A stretch of DNA of 64,000 bases. Source: Bdellovibrionota bacterium (lineage in GTDB: Bacteria; Bdellovibrionota_C; UBA2361; CALJRW01). The DNA lies in NCBI GenBank assembly GCA_041740355.1, contig JBGSMD010000063.1, forward strand, positions 53,002 to 117,001, written 5' to 3'. Position numbers and translations under genes: made by a program. The notes under the pieces are model-generated. The model was given only the letters and a program-made list of their open reading frames with translations, had not been told where the DNA came from and ran no database searches. Shown here one piece after another: positions 55,724-64,000 of this stretch (within the stretch, counting starts at the first letter, position 1; the number at the start of each line of letters is the position of its first letter).

Positions 55724-56734
55724 ATGTCCTCTAAAGAAATAATTGAAAAAATTAAAGTGCTGGCAACTCAACCAACACCCCCTCGACAAATCGCAATAAT
55801 TGCTAGCGATCGCATACTCCGAGAACGCACATTAAATAGCTTTGCGGAAGAACTAAAACTCCAAGCAGAGGGTAAATGGAAATATGATATTAAGCGAATT
55901 AAATTATCTCAAGCCAAAGACCAGGATTTAAAAACTTTTATCTTTGAATCTAATGCCCAATCTTTTTTTTCTAAGAAACAAATTTTCTTAATTGAAGAAC
56001 TAGAAAAAGTTAGCGGTCCACAAACAGATATTTTGCTAAGCTTATTTAAGCAAAGACAAACTGAAAATTATTACTTTTTTCTGGGCACCGGGTTACTCAG
56101 TACTAGTCGTTTAATGAAGCAATTTAAAGAGCAGAACTCTGTAATCACACTGCCCAATTTGAAACTGCCGGAATTTAAAAATTGGATCAAAGGAGAGTTT
56201 AATTCTAAAAATCTTTTGCCTGAGCCTAGAGTGATTGATCATCTAGCTCAAAGCTGTGAGCTTTTAACTGACATCGCCCTAGCTAAGATTGAGCAACTAG
56301 AATTATTTGCAGATACTCAGAAAATCACACTTAGTATGGCAGAAGATCTTTTTCCAAGTGAGCTAGCTTTAAAGAAGTTTGCTTGGTTAGATGCCATCTC
56401 CTCTGGCAACAAGCTATTAGCTCAAAAGCTTGTTAGTCAAGCACTGTCTGAAGGTAAAGAAGCACTAGGGCTGACTGCACTTATTCAAGGTAATTACTTA
56501 AATTATTATTTAATTATCTCCCTTCGAAATCAGGGTTACTCTCAACAACAAATTAAAGCTTCCTTGAAAATAGAACCCTGGCTTTTCGATTTACAATATT
56601 CCACAGCTTCCCAAAAAGACTTAAAAAGATTAATTAAAGACTTAAAAGTACTCGTACTCGCTGATAGTAAATTAAAAAATAAGTCTCTAGGTAGCGAAGC
56701 TGTTTTGCACGAACTAATTAATTCTTTATCTTAA
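55724..56734 (+). CDS. holA: DNA polymerase III subunit delta (HolA)-like
   Basis: It is ~336 aa. The N-terminal pattern is …SFFSKKQIFLIEELEK…. The C-terminal domain pattern LDAISSGNKLLAQKLVSQALSEGKEALGLTALIQ resembles HolA domain III. The ATG at 55724 is preferred over the TTG at 55706. Confidence 0.5.
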   Translation: MSSKEIIEKIKVLATQPTPPRQIAIIASDRILRERTLNSFAEELKLQAEGKWKYDIKRIKLSQAKDQDLKTFIFESNAQSFFSKKQIFLIEELEKVSGPQTDILLSLFKQRQTENYYFFLGTGLLSTSRLMKQFKEQNSVITLPNLKLPEFKNWIKGEFNSKNLLPEPRVIDHLAQSCELLTDIALAKIEQLELFADTQKITLSMAEDLFPSELALKKFAWLDAISSGNKLLAQKLVSQALSEGKEALGLTALIQGNYLNYYLIISLRNQGYSQQQIKASLKIEPWLFDLQYSTASQKDLKRLIKDLKVLVLADSKLKNKSLGSEAVLHELINSLS

Positions 56735-56744
56735 ACATCGACTA

Positions 56745-57665
56745 ATGATCAATTTTGGAAAACTCCTGCTGTTTGCATTTATCCTAATTACTCAACAAGC
56801 TTGTGCTCAATATTCCAAACAAGAGATACAACAAGCTAAGGTAACAACTCTAAGTTACGAACAAAAACTCAAAACTCTTCCTACCCTCCCTAAAGGTTAT
56901 AACTTTAAAGGGTGGAATTATGTTGCCGCTCGGTTAATTCAAGATGGCGTACCAGAAAGAGAAGTTATTAAATTCTATACTCACCCGAAGCTTCCTAGAT
57001 TTGAACCAGTAACTTTTAGTTTGAAACCGAAGGAAGGTGCGGGGATGTATCAGGGGTTTCTTAGTAAAAAGAACTTTGCCTTAGGAAGACAATTTATTAA
57101 CGAGAACAAAAGAATCTTTGACCGAGTAACTAGCAAGTATCAAGTTCCCGCCGAAGTAATCGCTGCAATACTCCTCGTAGAATCGTATTATGGCAAAAAC
57201 ACTGGAAAGGAAGTGATTGCTTACCGCCTGTCACGTTTAGCTAACATTAGTGATCCAATAAATTTAAAGCAAAATTTAGTCCGATTAAAGAAGGATGACC
57301 GCCGGGTTACTTGGGAACAAGTAGTTAACCGTGCTCAGTACTTAGAAAATACCTTTTTACCAGAAATTATTGCGGCTTTTGATATTTGTAAGGTCAATAA
57401 TATCGACCCTTTTGATTTTCTAGGATCCTCAGCAGGAGCCTTTGGTTGGGCACAGTTCTTACCTAGTTCCTATCTAAAATATGCAGTTGATTTTGATGGT
57501 GACGGCAAGCGTTCCCTTTACAACAAAGCTGATGCAATTGCCTCGGTCGCTAATTATTTTCAGGCTCATGGCTGGGGTAAATTACCTGATCATGATGTTA
57601 TCTGGAAATATAATAAGAGCGAACCTTATATTAAAACAGTATTAGGGCTAGCTAAAGGATTTTAG
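56745..57665 (+). CDS. Lytic murein transglycosylase (MltB/SLT_2 family)
   Basis: AILLVESYYG (catalytic Glu), GAFGWAQFLPSSY and DFDGDGKRSL....DAIASVANYF..HGW are present, with a signal peptide. Confidence 0.8.
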   Translation: MINFGKLLLFAFILITQQACAQYSKQEIQQAKVTTLSYEQKLKTLPTLPKGYNFKGWNYVAARLIQDGVPEREVIKFYTHPKLPRFEPVTFSLKPKEGAGMYQGFLSKKNFALGRQFINENKRIFDRVTSKYQVPAEVIAAILLVESYYGKNTGKEVIAYRLSRLANISDPINLKQNLVRLKKDDRRVTWEQVVNRAQYLENTFLPEIIAAFDICKVNNIDPFDFLGSSAGAFGWAQFLPSSYLKYAVDFDGDGKRSLYNKADAIASVANYFQAHGWGKLPDHDVIWKYNKSEPYIKTVLGLAKGF

Positions 57666-57852
57666 ATAAACTTTCAGCCTTTTGCGGGTCTCGAAAGAAA
57701 AAATTGTTAAAATACTCGCGGTAAGACTTGTACACCTGCGTTTTTACCCTTTTTTTCTTTCGACTGCCACTCAAACTCTAAACGGATATTTTATTGATTT
57801 CTTGTGCAAAAAGATACTGTAAACATGTTATTTTTCTTGCTATACTTTTTTT

Positions 57853-58230
57853 ATGTCTACTAAAATTGTCAAAAATGTTCTCGTTGTCGAAGATGATGCT
57901 GATGCACGCCATCTATTAACTATGATGTTACAAACTCTTGGTTATAATCCTATTGGGTTTGACTCTGGTCAATCTTGCTTAGCGAAAGCTGCTGAACTTA
58001 ATGTGTCAATTATTCTTCTGGATGTGATGATGCCGGGAATGAATGGCTATCAACTTTTAGAGCAACTTAAAAAATTAAGACATTTAGCTAAGGTTCCAGT
58101 AGTAATGGTCACAGCTAAAGACCAAGATGATGATATCATGGCCGGCTATCAACATGGCGCGGACTATTACATTACAAAGCCCTATACCATGAACCAGATT
58201 CAATACGCCTTGGAATTATATGCTGGTTAA
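57853..58230 (+). CDS. Stand-alone response regulator receiver (CheY-like)
   Basis: VLVVEDDAD...ILLDVMMPGMNG...PVVMVTAK...YITKP. It overlaps tmk by 11 nt. Confidence 0.85.
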   Translation: MSTKIVKNVLVVEDDADARHLLTMMLQTLGYNPIGFDSGQSCLAKAAELNVSIILLDVMMPGMNGYQLLEQLKKLRHLAKVPVVMVTAKDQDDDIMAGYQHGADYYITKPYTMNQIQYALELYAG

Positions 58231-58894
58231 ACCTTCCCAAATTAAATCTTTAAAGAAACCAAATGGTTTTATTGTTATAGAAGGTGTTAATGGTGCAGGA
58301 AAGAGTTCACTTCTAAAAAAAATTTCGAAGTATCTGAAATCCAAAAAAAAACAATTCCTGCTTACGAGAGAACCAGGAAGCGGAGCATTAGGAAAGGACC
58401 TGCGAGAATTAGTTTTAAACAATACCGAGAAACTTCCTCCCTTAGCTGAATTATTTTTATTTGCCGCTGATCGTAATTATCATGTTAACAAAATTATCCT
58501 ACCGGCTTTAAAGAAGAAAAAATTAGTTATTTCTGATCGCTACTATTATTCCACGACAGCCTTCCAGGGTTATGGTCGAAAAATTGATCTAAAGAGTATT
58601 AATGTAATCAATCAACTAGCGATTGAAGATCTTCAACCAGATCTAGTTTTATTACTGGATCTTGATCCACTAATCGGACTTCAAAGAAATCGCAAAAGTG
58701 ACAAAGAGCGAGATAGTTTTGAAGAAGAAGAGCTCAGCTTTCATCAGAAAATTCGTCAGGGATTCTTAAAGCAAGCAAAGTCCTTGCCAGAAAAGTTTGT
58801 ACTGATCGATGCTTCGCAAAGTGCCGATCAAGTCTGGAAAAATACCAAAAAGATTTTGGACTTATACTTACATCAACTAAAGACAATTAAATGA
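58220..58894 (+). CDS. tmk: Thymidylate kinase
   Basis: The P-loop EGVNGAGKS, TREPG and the DRY-like SDRYYYSTTAFQGYG are present. Confidence 0.9.
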   Translation: MLVKPSQIKSLKKPNGFIVIEGVNGAGKSSLLKKISKYLKSKKKQFLLTREPGSGALGKDLRELVLNNTEKLPPLAELFLFAADRNYHVNKIILPALKKKKLVISDRYYYSTTAFQGYGRKIDLKSINVINQLAIEDLQPDLVLLLDLDPLIGLQRNRKSDKERDSFEEEELSFHQKIRQGFLKQAKSLPEKFVLIDASQSADQVWKNTKKILDLYLHQLKTIK

Positions 58895-59841
58895 TTATTG
58901 GTCATCAGGCGATCCGAAAAATTTTAAATAAATTATATACGGAAGCAAAATTACCTCATGCTATAATGCTTGCTGGTAGTGCTGGAATCGGCAAAAAATT
59001 AGTTGCGGAGGAAATTGCACAGTCTTTAGTTTGTATTAATAATGTTTATGGTGGCTGTGGATCTTGTACTAACTGCTTACCATTCCTAGCTAGGAACTAC
59101 CCTGATATTCACCGACTAGATTGTCAGGATAAAGAACAAGTTAGCGCTGAAGCAATTAGACAGATTATTAACTTACTCTCACTAAAAGCTTTTGGCGGAC
59201 AAGCGCGTATCCTGATTTTTGAAAATGCCGAGTCACTTTCTGTTACCAGCTGTAATATTTTATTAAAGTCACTTGAGGAACCAAGACCGAATACTTATTA
59301 CATTCTAATATCAGCGAACCCTTCTTTTATTCCAATTACAATTCGCTCCAGATGTCAGACTTACTACTTGCCTGATCTAACAGACTTAGAATTAGAACAA
59401 ATCATTGCCGGTAGCGATTTAAATAATCAACTCCCCGATAATCTTACTTGGGAATCAATTTTACAGTATTCCTCTGGTAGCTTAGTAAGTATTCATAAAA
59501 TCATTGAAAAACCTGAGCTCTGGGCCAAAACTAAGTCTTTCTTAAGTGATTTTTTCACTGGCAAAGTCTACTCTTTAGTCGAAACAATCATGCCTTTTAA
59601 AAAAGATAGAGAAGGCTTGATTGATTTTCTTTTTTTTGCAGAAATTATTACTAGACGACAGATGTTGCTTCAAAAGAGTCCTGAAAAACAGCAGATGTTT
59701 GCTCTGTTGCTTAATAATCTCCTCCTTTCTAAATACTACATTACACAAAGAAATATTCATGCCATTAGCCTCTTAAGTGCAATATTCGCCGATACCAACT
59801 TCAATTTGGAGCAGGAAGATATTGAAAATTATCTGACCTGA
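58891..59841 (+). CDS. holB: DNA polymerase III subunit delta' (HolB)
   Basis: HAIMLAGSAGIGK, the zinc-module-like CGSCTNC, NILLKSLEEP and IRSRCQ (sensor) are present. It is coupled to tmk by a 4-nt overlap. Confidence 0.8.
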   Translation: MIIGHQAIRKILNKLYTEAKLPHAIMLAGSAGIGKKLVAEEIAQSLVCINNVYGGCGSCTNCLPFLARNYPDIHRLDCQDKEQVSAEAIRQIINLLSLKAFGGQARILIFENAESLSVTSCNILLKSLEEPRPNTYYILISANPSFIPITIRSRCQTYYLPDLTDLELEQIIAGSDLNNQLPDNLTWESILQYSSGSLVSIHKIIEKPELWAKTKSFLSDFFTGKVYSLVETIMPFKKDREGLIDFLFFAEIITRRQMLLQKSPEKQQMFALLLNNLLLSKYYITQRNIHAISLLSAIFADTNFNLEQEDIENYLT

Positions 59842-59904
59842 AAAGCTTAACTGCTTAGTCCGATACTAATGACAAGAAATAGTTTCTAAGATAAACTCCC
59901 CTCC

Positions 59905-60282
59905 ATGGAAATAGAAAACACTCCCGAAATAACAGCCGAACCAGTTAAAGCTAATTTAATTTCAATTGATGACTTTGCAAAAATCGAATTGCGAGTTGCT
60001 GAAATTTTATCAGCCGAACCACTCCCAAAATCTAATAAGCTGATGAAGCTTCAAGTTACTCTGGGCGAAGCGCTGGGCCAAAGACAAGTACTAGCGGGAA
60101 TTGCTAAGCACTACACTCCGGAAGATTTAGTAGGTCGTAAAATAATTATCATAGCGAATCTACAGCCAGCAAAGTTAATGGGCGAAGAGTCTCAAGGTAT
60201 GCTTTTAGCGGCGGATGGCATTGATGATATTATTTTACTTGCACCATCAAAGGATGCTCCAGTTGGTGCCAGAGTTAGATAG
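59905..60282 (+). CDS. Stand-alone tRNA-binding domain protein (CsaA / MetRS C-terminal domain-like)
   Basis: F.KIELRVAEILSAEP.PKSNKL.KLQV.LGE...RQV.AGIAK.Y.PE.LVG+KI...ANL.PAKLMG.ESQGMLLAA is the EMAP/Trbp111-type OB fold. Confidence 0.8.
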   Translation: MEIENTPEITAEPVKANLISIDDFAKIELRVAEILSAEPLPKSNKLMKLQVTLGEALGQRQVLAGIAKHYTPEDLVGRKIIIIANLQPAKLMGEESQGMLLAADGIDDIILLAPSKDAPVGARVR

Positions 60283-60284
60283 TC

Positions 60285-61064
60285 ATGATTATTGATTCCC
60301 ACATTCATCTGATAAGCCAAGAATATCGGGAACAACTTCCTGAGTATTTGTCGGAAGCCGAAGATCTTGGCGTTAAAGCATTTATTAATATTGGTGCCGG
60401 GACAGGTTTAGACTCGGCGGAAGAATCAGTGAAACTTGCTGAGAAATATTCTAATGTTTTTGCAGTCGTGGGAATTCATCCACTAGAAGTTAGTAATAAA
60501 ATTGAGCTGGAAACAATTAAAGATCAAGTCCAACATCCAAAAGTTGTTGCTATTGGCGAAACAGGACTCGATTACTATTATCAGAAAGATAATGCCAAAG
60601 ACCAAATTAAAGTTTTTCGTCAGCAAATTGAATTGGCGCATGAATATAAAAAACCACTAGTGATTCATTCTCGAGATGCCGCCGATGTTTGTTTACAGAT
60701 TTTAATTGAAATGGAAGCTAAGCTAGTTGGTGGGGTCTTTCACTGCTTTAGTGAAGATGCCGCCTTTGCTGAAAAACTGGCCGATATTAATTTTATGGTA
60801 TCCTTCCCAGGAGTAATTACCTTTAAAAATGCTGATAAAACAAGAACTGCCGTAAAAGAAATTCCAATTAAGCAAATAATGCTAGAAACAGATGGTCCGT
60901 ATTTAGCCCCTGAACCTTATCGCGGGAAACTTTGCAAGCCTTCATATATTGCTGAGACTGCTAAAAGATTCGCCGAATTAAGAAATTTATCTACTCCGGA
61001 GTCTAATAAAATAATTTATAATAATACTATTAACTTTTTTCGCCTGCCATTAAAAACAATTTAA
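60285..61064 (+). CDS. tatD: TatD-family metal-dependent hydrolase/DNase (YcfH-like)
   Basis: IDSHIHL, AIGETGLDYYY, PLVIHSRDA, GVFHCFS and LETDGPYL are present. Confidence 0.9.
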   Translation: MIIDSHIHLISQEYREQLPEYLSEAEDLGVKAFINIGAGTGLDSAEESVKLAEKYSNVFAVVGIHPLEVSNKIELETIKDQVQHPKVVAIGETGLDYYYQKDNAKDQIKVFRQQIELAHEYKKPLVIHSRDAADVCLQILIEMEAKLVGGVFHCFSEDAAFAEKLADINFMVSFPGVITFKNADKTRTAVKEIPIKQIMLETDGPYLAPEPYRGKLCKPSYIAETAKRFAELRNLSTPESNKIIYNNTINFFRLPLKTI

Positions 61065-61068
61065 TTCC

Positions 61069-61863
61069 ATGAAAGTCAGCTTACACAACTTTGGAAATTT
61101 TAAACTAGATGGTGGCACCATGTTTGGTCCGGTCCCCAAACCTGTCTGGTCAAAACTTTGTCCAGCGGATCAACAAAATCGTATATTAATGGCCTCCAAT
61201 ACTTTATTAATTGAAACAAACGATCGTCGAATAATTCTTGATCTAGGAATGGGCAGTAACTTCACTGATAAGATTAAAGAGCGCTACGCAGTTACCGATC
61301 GATTGGAAATTTCAAATCCTGAAACAATTACAGATATAATCTTTACTCATTTACACTTTGATCACACTGGTGGATTGTTTGTAATGGATAATAACCAAAC
61401 AAAAGCTATTTACCCCAATGCTCGCTACCATCTTCAAAAGCAACAATGGGAAGAAGCACAAAAACCAAGTCTAAAAGAAAGTAATGCTTACAATGCTGAG
61501 GATCTTAATTTCCTTAGTAAGCAAAAGTTGAACCTCATCCAGGGAGAAAGGGAAATCATTCCGGGGATCACAAGTGTGATCTCTAATGGTCATACGCGAG
61601 GATTACAATGGTTAAAAATTAGAACAAATCGTTTAACAATCGCTTTTGTCAGTGATCTAATTCCGACCTCACATCACTTAAACTTAGCCTATCACATGTC
61701 CTATGAAATTAATGCTGAAGTACTTTTACAAGAAAAGCAAAGGTTTCTAACGGAAGCAATTAGAGAAAAATATTTAGTAGTCTTTCAACACGATCCAAGT
61801 TTTGTGGTTGGTCAAATCATCCAAAATGCTGGTGAATATCAATTAATGAAAGGCACCTTATAA
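61069..61863 (+). CDS. Metallo-beta-lactamase-fold hydrolase
   Basis: THLHFDHTGG (HxHxDH) is present, with later His/Asp ligands (GHTRG, SD). Confidence 0.75.
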   Translation: MKVSLHNFGNFKLDGGTMFGPVPKPVWSKLCPADQQNRILMASNTLLIETNDRRIILDLGMGSNFTDKIKERYAVTDRLEISNPETITDIIFTHLHFDHTGGLFVMDNNQTKAIYPNARYHLQKQQWEEAQKPSLKESNAYNAEDLNFLSKQKLNLIQGEREIIPGITSVISNGHTRGLQWLKIRTNRLTIAFVSDLIPTSHHLNLAYHMSYEINAEVLLQEKQRFLTEAIREKYLVVFQHDPSFVVGQIIQNAGEYQLMKGTL

Positions 61864-61873
61864 AAATTAAAAA

Positions 61874-62191
61874 ATGAAAGAAATAACACCTAAAGATTTA
61901 AAGACAATGCAGGCTGCGGATGAAGATTTTATCTTAATTGATGTCCGCGAAGAATCAGAAAAAGCTGTTGCGGATATTGGTGGCATACTAATACCACTTA
62001 GTACCTTACCAATGAATCTACCCGAAGCTGATAAGAATCAGAAGATTATTGTCTACTGTAAGAGTGGTGGAAGAAGTGGAAAAGCTACGGAATATTTAGA
62101 GCAAGTAGCAGGATTTACTAATGTCCACAACCTAAAAGGTGGGATCCTTGCCTGGTCCGATCAGGTTGATCCAAGTGTTAAAAAGTACTAA
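61874..62191 (+). CDS. Rhodanese-like single-domain sulfurtransferase
   Basis: ILIDVRE..E, the active-site loop YCKSGGRSG, and NL.GGILAW are present. Confidence 0.85.
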   Translation: MKEITPKDLKTMQAADEDFILIDVREESEKAVADIGGILIPLSTLPMNLPEADKNQKIIVYCKSGGRSGKATEYLEQVAGFTNVHNLKGGILAWSDQVDPSVKKY

Positions 62192-62273
62192 TGTGGTATT
62201 CTCCTCTTTTGTGACGCACTGCATTACTGTAGTAAATTGTCTTTGAGACAGGCGTCTCAAAAGGGAAGAATCT

Positions 62274-62346
62274 ACGCTAGTAGCTCAATTGGTAGAGCAT
62301 CGGATTCCAAATCCGAGGGTTGGGGGTTCAAGTCCCTCCTGGCGTG
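62274..62346 (+). tRNA. tRNA-Trp (anticodon CCA), no encoded CCA end
   Basis: Hand-folded: acceptor ACGCTAG/CTGGCGT (one G-U), D arm GCTC-AATTGGTA-GAGC, anticodon stem TCGGA/TCCGA with loop TTCCAAA, and T arm GGGGG-TTCAAGT-CCCTC. Confidence 0.9.
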
Positions 62347-62418
62347 TTCTCCCCTTTTGGGTCACACGGCATCGAACCATTTAAATACCTCGATGTATTG
62401 TGACCCAAAAGGGGAGAA
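62347..62418. repeat. 20-bp perfect hairpin immediately after tRNA-Trp, with nested 6-bp hairpin
   Basis: TTCTCCCCTTTTGGGTCACA-N32-TGTGACCCAAAAGGGGAGAA. The loop contains CATCGA...TCGATG. Confidence 0.8.
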
Positions 62419-62497
62419 TGGGGTTAAAATACAACTACATATTTACTATAGAAAAAATAAATATAATAAAAGCGAATTAATCGCGTCTAAGACAATT

Positions 62498-63052
62498 ATG
62501 AAATCCCAAGAAGGAATTAGTTTTTTTCACTCACAACTTGATGCCACCATCGGCTGGGCACGTAAGTATTCTCTATTCACGTATCCTTTCGTAACAGCTT
62601 GTTGTGGCATGGAATACATGGCTGTTAGCTGTGCGCATTACGATACAGATCGATTCGGAGCAGCGTTACCAAGATTTACACCTCGCCAATCAGATTTATT
62701 AATGGTTGTAGGAACTGTAAACCATAAACTTGCTCCAGTATTACTTCGAGTTTATGAACAAATGGCGGAACCTAAATATGTTGTTGCATTTGGTGCCTGT
62801 GCCTCTTCTGGTGGGTTTTACGACAACTACACTACGGTAGCCGGCATTGATAAAATTATTCCTGTAGATATGTACATCCCTGGTTGTCCACCAAGACCGG
62901 AAACAGTTTTAGATGCTTTAATTAAACTTCAAGAAAATATTAATAATTCTCGCCAACCACTTGTTCCAAGTCATGGTGGCACTCAACCTAGACCTGAGCT
63001 TCCAGAATTACTGGGTGAACCTATTGATTCTAAACTAACTAGAGTCCTTTAA
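62498..63052 (+). CDS. nuoB: NADH-quinone oxidoreductase subunit B
   Basis: ACCGMEYMA, GACASSGG and PGCPPRPE (N2 cluster ligands) are present. The start was trimmed to MKSQEG at 62498, because the 271-aa ORF-track version reads through tRNA-Trp and its hairpin. Confidence 0.9.
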   Translation: MKSQEGISFFHSQLDATIGWARKYSLFTYPFVTACCGMEYMAVSCAHYDTDRFGAALPRFTPRQSDLLMVVGTVNHKLAPVLLRVYEQMAEPKYVVAFGACASSGGFYDNYTTVAGIDKIIPVDMYIPGCPPRPETVLDALIKLQENINNSRQPLVPSHGGTQPRPELPELLGEPIDSKLTRVL

Positions 63053-63065
63053 TTACTCTTAATTT

Positions 63066-64000
63066 CTAAATAATTCCTAAGGTTTCATTTAGAAATTTCG
63101 CCACTGGCATAATTGTTACCCCGGACTCGTTGCGCATTTCAGTACCAAGATACAATAAGTAAGCCTTCGCTTGAGGGTAATCTTGTTTAAATAATTTTAA
63201 GCCCTCAAGATCACCACTGCGATATGTAGTTGCCCGCTTCACCTCAATCGCATGAAATCCTCTCTCTCCGTAAAGGACAAAATCAACCTCTTGCTTCTCA
63301 CGAGTTTGCCAAAAAAATATCTGGTACCCTAAGTCTTGATTATCATTAATTGCCTTTAGTTGCTGAAATACAAGTGTCTCTAGGGCAATCCCTTCTATTT
63401 CAGAATTGTGATCTAGTGGCCCAAGTGGTCGAATTGCACGATAAACACCTGAGTCAAAGAAATAAAATTTTGGGTGGCTAATAAGTTTTCGTTGTGCTTT
63501 CCTAGTAAAGACAGGCAAACGACAAGCAATTAATAAATCCTCTAAGAGAGTAAAATAGTTAGTCACAACTTTTCGCTCGACAGCACACTCGGCAGCAACA
63601 TTTGTAATATTTAAAACTGATCCTTGGGAGAAAGAAGCCGCTTCTAAAAACCTAGCAAAGCCTGACAAATTACGAACTAATCCTTCCTGTAATACCTCTT
63701 CTTTTAAATAAGTTGCAACATAACTTTTCAAATAATCTTTAGGACTTGGTTCAGAGAATATTGCCGGTAAAAATCCAAACTCTAGTGAAAAATTTAAGTT
63801 GAAATCTGCTTTAAGTTCTAGGATAGTTAATGGATGAAAATTTTTACTATATGCTCGGCCAGCTAAAAGATTAACCCCTTTAGATCGTAATTTTCGAGCA
63901 CTAGAACCAGTTAAAAGAAAATTGTATTTTTTTTCTTCGATTAATCGATGAACGGTATTTAATAGGTTGGGAACTTTTTGAATTTCATCAATTAAAATAA
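63066..64000 (-). CDS. AAA+ ATPase with DUF4143-type C-terminal domain (5' end outside the window)
   Basis: The frame stays open to nt 64000 by hand translation: ILIDEIQKVPNLLNTVHRLIEEKKYNFLLTGSSARKL... (Walker B DE). The C-terminal half has the ...FFWQTREKQEVDFVL... pattern typical of DUF4143 ATPases. Confidence 0.7.
   Translation of the reverse strand, partial: ILIDEIQKVPNLLNTVHRLIEEKKYNFLLTGSSARKLRSKGVNLLAGRAYSKNFHPLTILELKADFNLNFSLEFGFLPAIFSEPSPKDYLKSYVATYLKEEVLQEGLVRNLSGFARFLEAASFSQGSVLNITNVAAECAVERKVVTNYFTLLEDLLIACRLPVFTRKAQRKLISHPKFYFFDSGVYRAIRPLGPLDHNSEIEGIALETLVFQQLKAINDNQDLGYQIFFWQTREKQEVDFVLYGERGFHAIEVKRATTYRSGDLEGLKLFKQDYPQAKAYLLYLGTEMRNESGVTIMPVAKFLNETLGII

Noticed and set aside
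57687-57778. Long-range inverted repeat TCGAAAGAAAAAA ... TTTTTTCTTTCGA upstream of the CheY-like gene, and a TATACT box 7 nt before its ATG (leaderless mRNA?)
   Set aside because: This is real in the sequence, but A/T-homopolymer-rich 13-mers and -10-like hexamers are frequent in AT-rich DNA. The evidence is insufficient to call a regulatory element.
62237-62497. N-terminal 87 aa of the 271-aa 'NuoB' ORF
   Set aside because: This part reads straight through tRNA-Trp and its 20-bp hairpin. The conserved NuoB sequence starts at MKSQEG (62498).

Overview
This is a 64-kb AT-rich bacterial chromosomal window. Most of it is housekeeping genes, broken up by repeat-rich intergenic regions and one accessory-looking segment at about 38.8-47.6 kb. 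Lineage is a weak inference only: Myxococcus-type cysteine-rich repeats fused to RCC1 propellers, Flp and type IV pilins, and FlgM suggest a Bdellovibrionota/Oligoflexia-like organism.

Recognisable genes include:
- Efflux and pili: a MacB-type ABC efflux module with a NodT/TolC-like outer membrane factor, and a three-gene pseudopilin operon.
- RNA modification and repair: rlmN, rlmH, rsmE, tag.
- Regulation: an ECF sigma / anti-sigma / periplasmic protein operon, a RegB/RegA-like two-component pair, and flgM.
- Metabolism and respiration: menD-menH, metF, and isolated nuoI and nuoB.
- DNA and RNA transactions: a UvrD/PcrA helicase, parE-parC, sspB, a DEAH (HrpA-like) helicase, holA, and the tmk-holB-(tRNA-binding domain)-tatD cluster.
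- Other: an MltB-like lytic transglycosylase, and tRNA-Ser(GGA), tRNA-Phe(GAA) and tRNA-Trp(CCA).

The strongest candidate for something new is a translationally coupled three-gene operon at 42273-47513. It encodes an orphan reverse transcriptase (YGDD active site), a roughly 12-TM membrane protein with a large unrecognised soluble C-terminal domain, and a signal-peptide-bearing PLD/HKD-family enzyme. A ~310-nt non-coding leader lies upstream, and a GC-rich element bracketed by 10-bp inverted repeats lies downstream.

Other points of interest:
- two families of structured intergenic repeats;
- dense hairpin arrays that begin exactly at the 3' ends of the tRNA genes;
- a type IV pilin gene frameshifted by an 8-bp tandem duplication;
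- a small wHTH + nucleotidyltransferase pair (AbiE/TA-like);
- an unlisted Flp pilin ORF;
- tandem RCC1 paralogs with conserved leaders.

No CRISPR array, rRNA, transposase or integrase was seen. All functional calls rest on motif recognition by eye. No database search or folding calculation was possible.
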